A stretch of 64,000 bases of DNA from Actinomycetota bacterium (GTDB lineage: Bacteria > Actinomycetota > Acidimicrobiia > Spongiisociales > UBA5794). Below, piece after piece: positions 60,218 through 64,000 of this stretch. A program made the position numbers and the translations under genes. How positions within the stretch are numbered: the stretch's first letter is position 1; each line of letters opens with the position of its first letter. The stretch is from positions 459 through 64,458 of the forward strand of contig JASJXX010000002.1 of the NCBI GenBank assembly GCA_030123765.1, given 5' to 3'. Below the pieces are notes generated by a model, which ran no database searches, had not been told where the DNA came from, and was given only the letters and a program-made list of their open reading frames with translations.

Positions 60218-61582
60218 TCACCCCACCAGACGCTTCGCGGCCCGATTGTGCTCCTCAATCAGCTTCGGTAGCTCGACGCCCACCAGTTCGCCGTCGCGGA
60301 CGACAGGTTTGCCGTGTACGAAGGAGTGGTCCACGCGCACAGCAGCGGCGAACAGGACTGCCGCGACGGGATCGTGCAACGCCCCGGCGTACTCGATGCG
60401 GTCGAGCGAGATAGCGATGAAGTCCGCGCCTCTGCCAGGCTCAAGCGAACCGATGTCGTCCCTCCCGAGAACCGCTGCCGATCCGCGGGTCGCGATGCGC
60501 AGAACCTCCCTAGCAGTGAGCAGCCTCCCGCCCTCGATCGAGGGCGCCGCCGCGAGGCGGGAGAGCAACATGGCCTGCCGGGCCTCTCCGAGCAGGTGGC
60601 TGCCGTCGTTGCTCGCCGATCCATCGACGCCGATGCCGAGCCGGACGCCGGCCGCCAGGTAGCGGCGAACCGGAGCGATACCCGAACCGAGGCGCATGTT
60701 CGACGATGGGCAGTGGGCGATCCCGGTGCCAGATTCAGCGAGACGGTCGATCTCACCATCGTTGATGTAGACACCGTGGGCGTACCACACGTCATCCCCG
60801 ACCCACCCGAGATCCTCCATGAGCTCGACGGGACGCCGCCCGAACCTCTCGATGCAGAACTGCTCCTCGTCGTACGTCTCAGCAACGTGGGTGTGGAGGT
60901 GGACGCCGTGACGGCGCGCAAGGTTCGCCGATTCGCGCATCAGCTCCTCCGTCACCGAGAAGGGGGAACACGGGGCGACCACGATTCGGGTCATGGCGCC
61001 CGGAGCCGGGTCGTGGAACGCTTCGATGACCCTCTCGGTGTCGAGCAGGATCGCCTCTTGGTCCTCGACGACGGAGTCGGGAGGCAGCCCGCCGTCGCTC
61101 TCGCCGAGGCTCATCGACCCACGCGCTGCGTGGAAGCGCAGACCGACCCCGGCGGCACCCTCGATCTGGTCGTCGAGCCTCGATCCGTTAGGGAAGACGT
61201 ACTGGTGGTCTGACGAGGTCGTGCACCCGGAGAGGGCGAGCTCCGCGAGGGCGAGCCGGGTCGCGATCCGCACGTCGTCGGGTGTGATCCGTGCCCAGAT
61301 TGGGTAGAGCGTGCGGAGCCAGTCAAAGAGGCCGACGTCCTGAGCGCCGGGGACCGCCCGCGTGAGGGTCTGGTAGAAGTGATGATGCGTATTGATGAGC
61401 CCGGGGAGCACGACGTGCCCGGAGAGATCGAGAACTTCGTCTGCGCTGTCGGGGAGCTCGGAGGTCGTGCCTACGTGTTTGATGATCCCGTCCACGGCGT
61501 AGAGACCGCCGTCCGCGATCTCGGTTCCGTCGTCGTCCATGGTGGCCAGAACCTGCGCGTGCCGGACAAGAAGTGTGCTCAT
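60218..61582 (-). CDS. 8-oxoguanine deaminase-like amidohydrolase (guanine deaminase/SsnA superfamily)
   Basis: It has the metal ligands NTHHHFYQTLTR, HTHVAET and VDGSASND. The subgroup blocks SSDHQYVFPNGSRLDD and RFHAARGSMSLGESDGGLPPDSVVE match what I remember for 8-oxoguanine deaminases. Confidence 0.75.
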   Translation of the reverse strand: MSTLLVRHAQVLATMDDDGTEIADGGLYAVDGIIKHVGTTSELPDSADEVLDLSGHVVLPGLINTHHHFYQTLTRAVPGAQDVGLFDWLRTLYPIWARITPDDVRIATRLALAELALSGCTTSSDHQYVFPNGSRLDDQIEGAAGVGLRFHAARGSMSLGESDGGLPPDSVVEDQEAILLDTERVIEAFHDPAPGAMTRIVVAPCSPFSVTEELMRESANLARRHGVHLHTHVAETYDEEQFCIERFGRRPVELMEDLGWVGDDVWYAHGVYINDGEIDRLAESGTGIAHCPSSNMRLGSGIAPVRRYLAAGVRLGIGVDGSASNDGSHLLGEARQAMLLSRLAAAPSIEGGRLLTAREVLRIATRGSAAVLGRDDIGSLEPGRGADFIAISLDRIEYAGALHDPVAAVLFAAAVRVDHSFVHGKPVVRDGELVGVELPKLIEEHNRAAKRLVG

Positions 61583-61682
61583 AGAAGTGAATGTACCAAC
61601 CTACTCAACTCCTACGTCGCTCTCCGAGCTCCGTTCTCTCGGTAAAGTGGAGGCACGGGATAGAAGAGGAGCCGAGACGAAC

Positions 61683-62423
61683 ATGACCATGCAGTACTCC
61701 CGACCCCTCACCCTCGATGAGGCCACCACCCTTGCAGCCCGGCCCGACACCGTGATCATGGCGGGGGGAACGTCCGTTAACGCCGGAGGCGGTAGCTCCG
61801 GTGTCACCGCCGTGGATCTGCAAGCGCTCAACCTCGCCGGAATCGAATCTCTTGGTGCGTTCATCCGCATCGGGGCGATGACGCGCCTTCAGGCACTCGT
61901 GGAATCAGACCTCGTCCCGTTCACTCTCCGCGATCTCGCCCGACGCGAAGCCCCCAGCACGATCCGTAACGCGGCGACGGTCGGTGGTACCGTCGGTGCC
62001 GCGGATCCCGAGAGTGAACTCCTCGCCGGCCTGCTCGCGTTCGGTGCCGTCGTCACTCTCGCGAGGGTGGGTTCAACGACCGACCATGCCCTCGACGACA
62101 TCCTCCACGATCCAGGGCTGATCAGCCAGGCGATCATGACGAGTGTCACGATCCCGACCACCGGAGTCGCTGCCGCCGAACGTACCGGTCGCACGCCGAT
62201 GGACCGACCGATCGTGATGGTCGTTGCCCACAGAGGCGCGGCAGAAGCCGTCCGTATGGCCGTGACCGGAGTCGCACACGTTCCGGTGGTCGTGGATCCA
62301 GAGCGGATCAAAGACCTCGATCCGCCGTCAGACTTCCGCGGGTCACCCGACTATCGAAGGCACCTCGCCACCGTGCTCGCAGACCGGGTCCTTACCGCAG
62401 TCACGGAGAGTGATCCGGAATGA
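61683..62423 (+). CDS. YgfM-like short FAD-binding subunit
   Basis: It is 246 aa with IMAGGTSVN and ATVGGTVGAADPESE (FAD_binding_5). The RBS GAGGAG lies upstream, and there is an ATGA overlap with the next gene. Confidence 0.8.
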   Translation: MTMQYSRPLTLDEATTLAARPDTVIMAGGTSVNAGGGSSGVTAVDLQALNLAGIESLGAFIRIGAMTRLQALVESDLVPFTLRDLARREAPSTIRNAATVGGTVGAADPESELLAGLLAFGAVVTLARVGSTTDHALDDILHDPGLISQAIMTSVTIPTTGVAAAERTGRTPMDRPIVMVVAHRGAAEAVRMAVTGVAHVPVVVDPERIKDLDPPSDFRGSPDYRRHLATVLADRVLTAVTESDPE

Positions 62424-64000
62424 CGATCACCCTCACCATCAACGGGGTCGAGCAGATCCTCTCCTGCGAGCCCCACGAATCGCTACGTTCGGTGCTGCGA
62501 AGAGCCGGATACTTCAGCGTCCGTTACGGGTCGAGCACGGGGGAGACAGGTGCAGCCGCCGTCCTCGTCGACGGCAGCCTCATCTCCGCCGACGTCATGC
62601 TCGGTGCGCAAGCCGACGGCCACGATGTCGAGACGATCGAAGGTCTCAGCACACTCGGCCAACTCCATCCGATCCAGAAGGCATTCATCGACTCGGGCGC
62701 GATCCAGTCCGGGTACTCGACTCCGGCGACGATCCTCGCCGCGAAAGCCCTCATCGACCGGAACCCGAGACCCACCGAGGACGATGTCAGGGATGCCCTC
62801 TCAGGAATACTCGACCGCGAGACGGGTTATCTGCGGCCCGTCCACGCCGTGTTGCGCGCCGCTGCGGTGATGCGGGGAGAGGAACCTGATGACATCGCCA
62901 TCACGCACCTCGATCCTCTCCTTGATGGTGGCAGCGACGCAGCGAGCGCCGATCGCGCCCGGGTCTCCGAGATCGCCCCTCGCGTCGTGCCGTGCAGTGA
63001 CGTCCCGCGGACCCGCGTCGTCGGGCACGCAGAGCCGAAGGTCGACGCTATCAAACTCGTCAAGGGGAACCCTGCGTTCACCGACGATGTCGACCTGACC
63101 GGGACCCTCATCGCGAAGGTCCTCTACAGCCCGCATGCCCACGCGAGAATAACCTCGATCGACGATTCGGCAGCGCGATCTCTCCCCGGCGTCCACGCGG
63201 TCCTGCATCACGGCAACGTGACCCAGGTACGGTACGCGTCTGGTGGTCAGAGTTACCCGAACCCGCTCCCCTACGACCAGGTGAGCTTCGGCGACAAGGT
63301 CCGTTATGTCGGGGACCGTGTCGCCGCCGTTGCCGCCGACACCGAGGAGATCGCGCTCTCTGCGCTCGACCTGATCGATGTCACCTACGAGGTGCTCCCC
63401 GCGGTCTTCGACGAGAACGAGGCAATCCTCGAGGGTGCACCGGTGATCCATGACGAACCTGGGATGGAGGGCGCGCACGATCCGTCCCGCAACATCGTCC
63501 ATCATCTCAAGGCCGACACCGGCGACATCGAGGAAGGCTTCGCTGCTGCCGACCGGATCTTCGAACAGACCTATCGCGTGCACCAGGTACAGCCGGCTCC
63601 GATCGAACCACACGTTGCGATCGCCGCGTGGGACTCCGACGAACGACTTGTCATCACCTCCTCCACCCAGGTGCCTTTCCATATCCGGCGCATGGTCGCG
63701 CCGCTCCTCGGTCTTCCTGTGAAGCGGATCCGCATTATCAAGCCCCGGATCGGTGGTGGGTTCGGAGTCAAACAGGAGCTGCTGATCGAGGATATCGTCG
63801 GTCACCTTACGATGGCTACAGGTCGTCCTGTCCGCCTCGAACTCACCCGCGCAGAGGAGTTCGTCTCGAGCCGCACACGGCACCCTCAGACGATCACTTT
63901 CAAGACCGGTGTCGACGCTGACGGGAGACTCACCGCCCAGGAGATGCGCATCATCGCCAACACCGGTGCATATGGCACTCACGGCCTGACGGTCCAGCTC
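62420..64000 (+). CDS. XdhD-like molybdenum hydroxylase: Cys-less [2Fe-2S]-like domain fused to the molybdopterin subunit (3' end outside the window)
   Basis: This frame is not in the ORF track because it has no stop inside the window. ATG 62420 gives MTITLTINGVEQ...IQSGYSTPATILAAKAL...ALSGILDRETGY then ...HAEPKVDAIKLVKGNPAFTDD...DRVAAVAADTEEIALSALDLIDVTYEVL...IIKPRIGGGFGVKQE, which looks colinear with E. coli XdhD as I recall it. Confidence 0.8.
   Translation, partial: MTITLTINGVEQILSCEPHESLRSVLRRAGYFSVRYGSSTGETGAAAVLVDGSLISADVMLGAQADGHDVETIEGLSTLGQLHPIQKAFIDSGAIQSGYSTPATILAAKALIDRNPRPTEDDVRDALSGILDRETGYLRPVHAVLRAAAVMRGEEPDDIAITHLDPLLDGGSDAASADRARVSEIAPRVVPCSDVPRTRVVGHAEPKVDAIKLVKGNPAFTDDVDLTGTLIAKVLYSPHAHARITSIDDSAARSLPGVHAVLHHGNVTQVRYASGGQSYPNPLPYDQVSFGDKVRYVGDRVAAVAADTEEIALSALDLIDVTYEVLPAVFDENEAILEGAPVIHDEPGMEGAHDPSRNIVHHLKADTGDIEEGFAAADRIFEQTYRVHQVQPAPIEPHVAIAAWDSDERLVITSSTQVPFHIRRMVAPLLGLPVKRIRIIKPRIGGGFGVKQELLIEDIVGHLTMATGRPVRLELTRAEEFVSSRTRHPQTITFKTGVDADGRLTAQEMRIIANTGAYGTHGLTVQL

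Noticed and set aside
58058-60662. Two long plus-strand ORFs (454 and 425 aa).
   Set aside because: They are antisense to the Mo-hydroxylase subunits and the deaminase gene, which have clear motifs. These are high-GC mirror frames.
60218-61582. Calling the amidohydrolase an SsnA ortholog to complete the E. coli-like ssnA-ygfM-xdhD triad.
   Set aside because: Its sequence blocks (SSDHQYVFPNG, RFHAARGSMS) fit the 8-oxoguanine deaminase subgroup as I remember it better than E. coli SsnA. A phylogeny is needed.
61592-61596. TGTAC in the deaminase/ygfM-like spacer, the reverse complement of the GTACA repeats near the GntR palindrome.
   Set aside because: A five-nucleotide match is expected by chance in a 100-bp spacer, so it is only worth testing experimentally.
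62410-63982. Track ORFs 62410-62889 (+, 159 aa), 62550-62870 (+) and 62801-63982 (-, 393 aa).
   Set aside because: They are wrong frames or the wrong strand. The frame starting at ATG 62420 is open to the window end and encodes a recognisable XdhD-like protein that the track omits because it has no stop.

Overview
High-GC (about 62-65 %) actinobacterial-type chromosomal segment, read by eye from the sequence and the ORF track. Start codons are best guesses. No alignments, folding energies or database searches were run. (1) Positions 1-27,000 hold the ancient housekeeping super-cluster known from Mycobacterium (Rv1003-Rv1026) and Bacillus (metS...divIC). On the minus strand it reads ppx, DUF501, ftsB-like, eno, mazG, PpiC lipoprotein, mfd, then pgsA, glpK, pth, rplY, prs, glmU, tRNA-Gln, ispE, rsmA, tatD, metG, and rsmI. 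Lineage-specific extras are an aceK gene wedged between prs and rplY, an AbrB-like gene between metG and rsmI, a YabN-type MazG fusion, and an uncalled 27-codon bL37-like ORF. (2) Positions 27,400-33,700 hold a HExxH lipoprotein and a TPP-enzyme/BASS-transporter/SDR/Fe-ADH group. (3) Positions 33,700-46,300 are a mosaic accessory region. Two low-GC patches (a multiply frameshifted large serine recombinase, then an IS30 tail plus a Rho_N-like small gene) bracket a lipoprotein/peptidoglycan-binding-adaptor/MacB-type ABC operon. After them come an MFS gene, a peroxiredoxin-like gene with an in-frame TGA at the redox cysteine (candidate selenoprotein with downstream hairpins), and a coupled pair of membrane proteins. 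(4) Positions 46,300-64,000 hold the most interesting part, a purine/ureide-type catabolic super-cluster. It combines two different carbamoyltransferases (one ATCase-fold with a diverged acceptor site, one YgeW-like), a carbamate kinase, two fold-type-II PLP enzymes and a HutC/GntR regulator with a palindromic AT-rich operator candidate. It also carries a decayed gdhA, a plant-type hydroxypyruvate reductase plus aminotransferase, MocA, a classical three-subunit Mo-hydroxylase and an 8-oxoguanine-deaminase-like amidohydrolase. A YgfM/XdhD-like Mo-hydroxylase, whose fused [2Fe-2S] domain has lost all eight cysteine ligands, runs off the window end. No rRNA genes, CRISPR arrays or long tandem repeats were seen.
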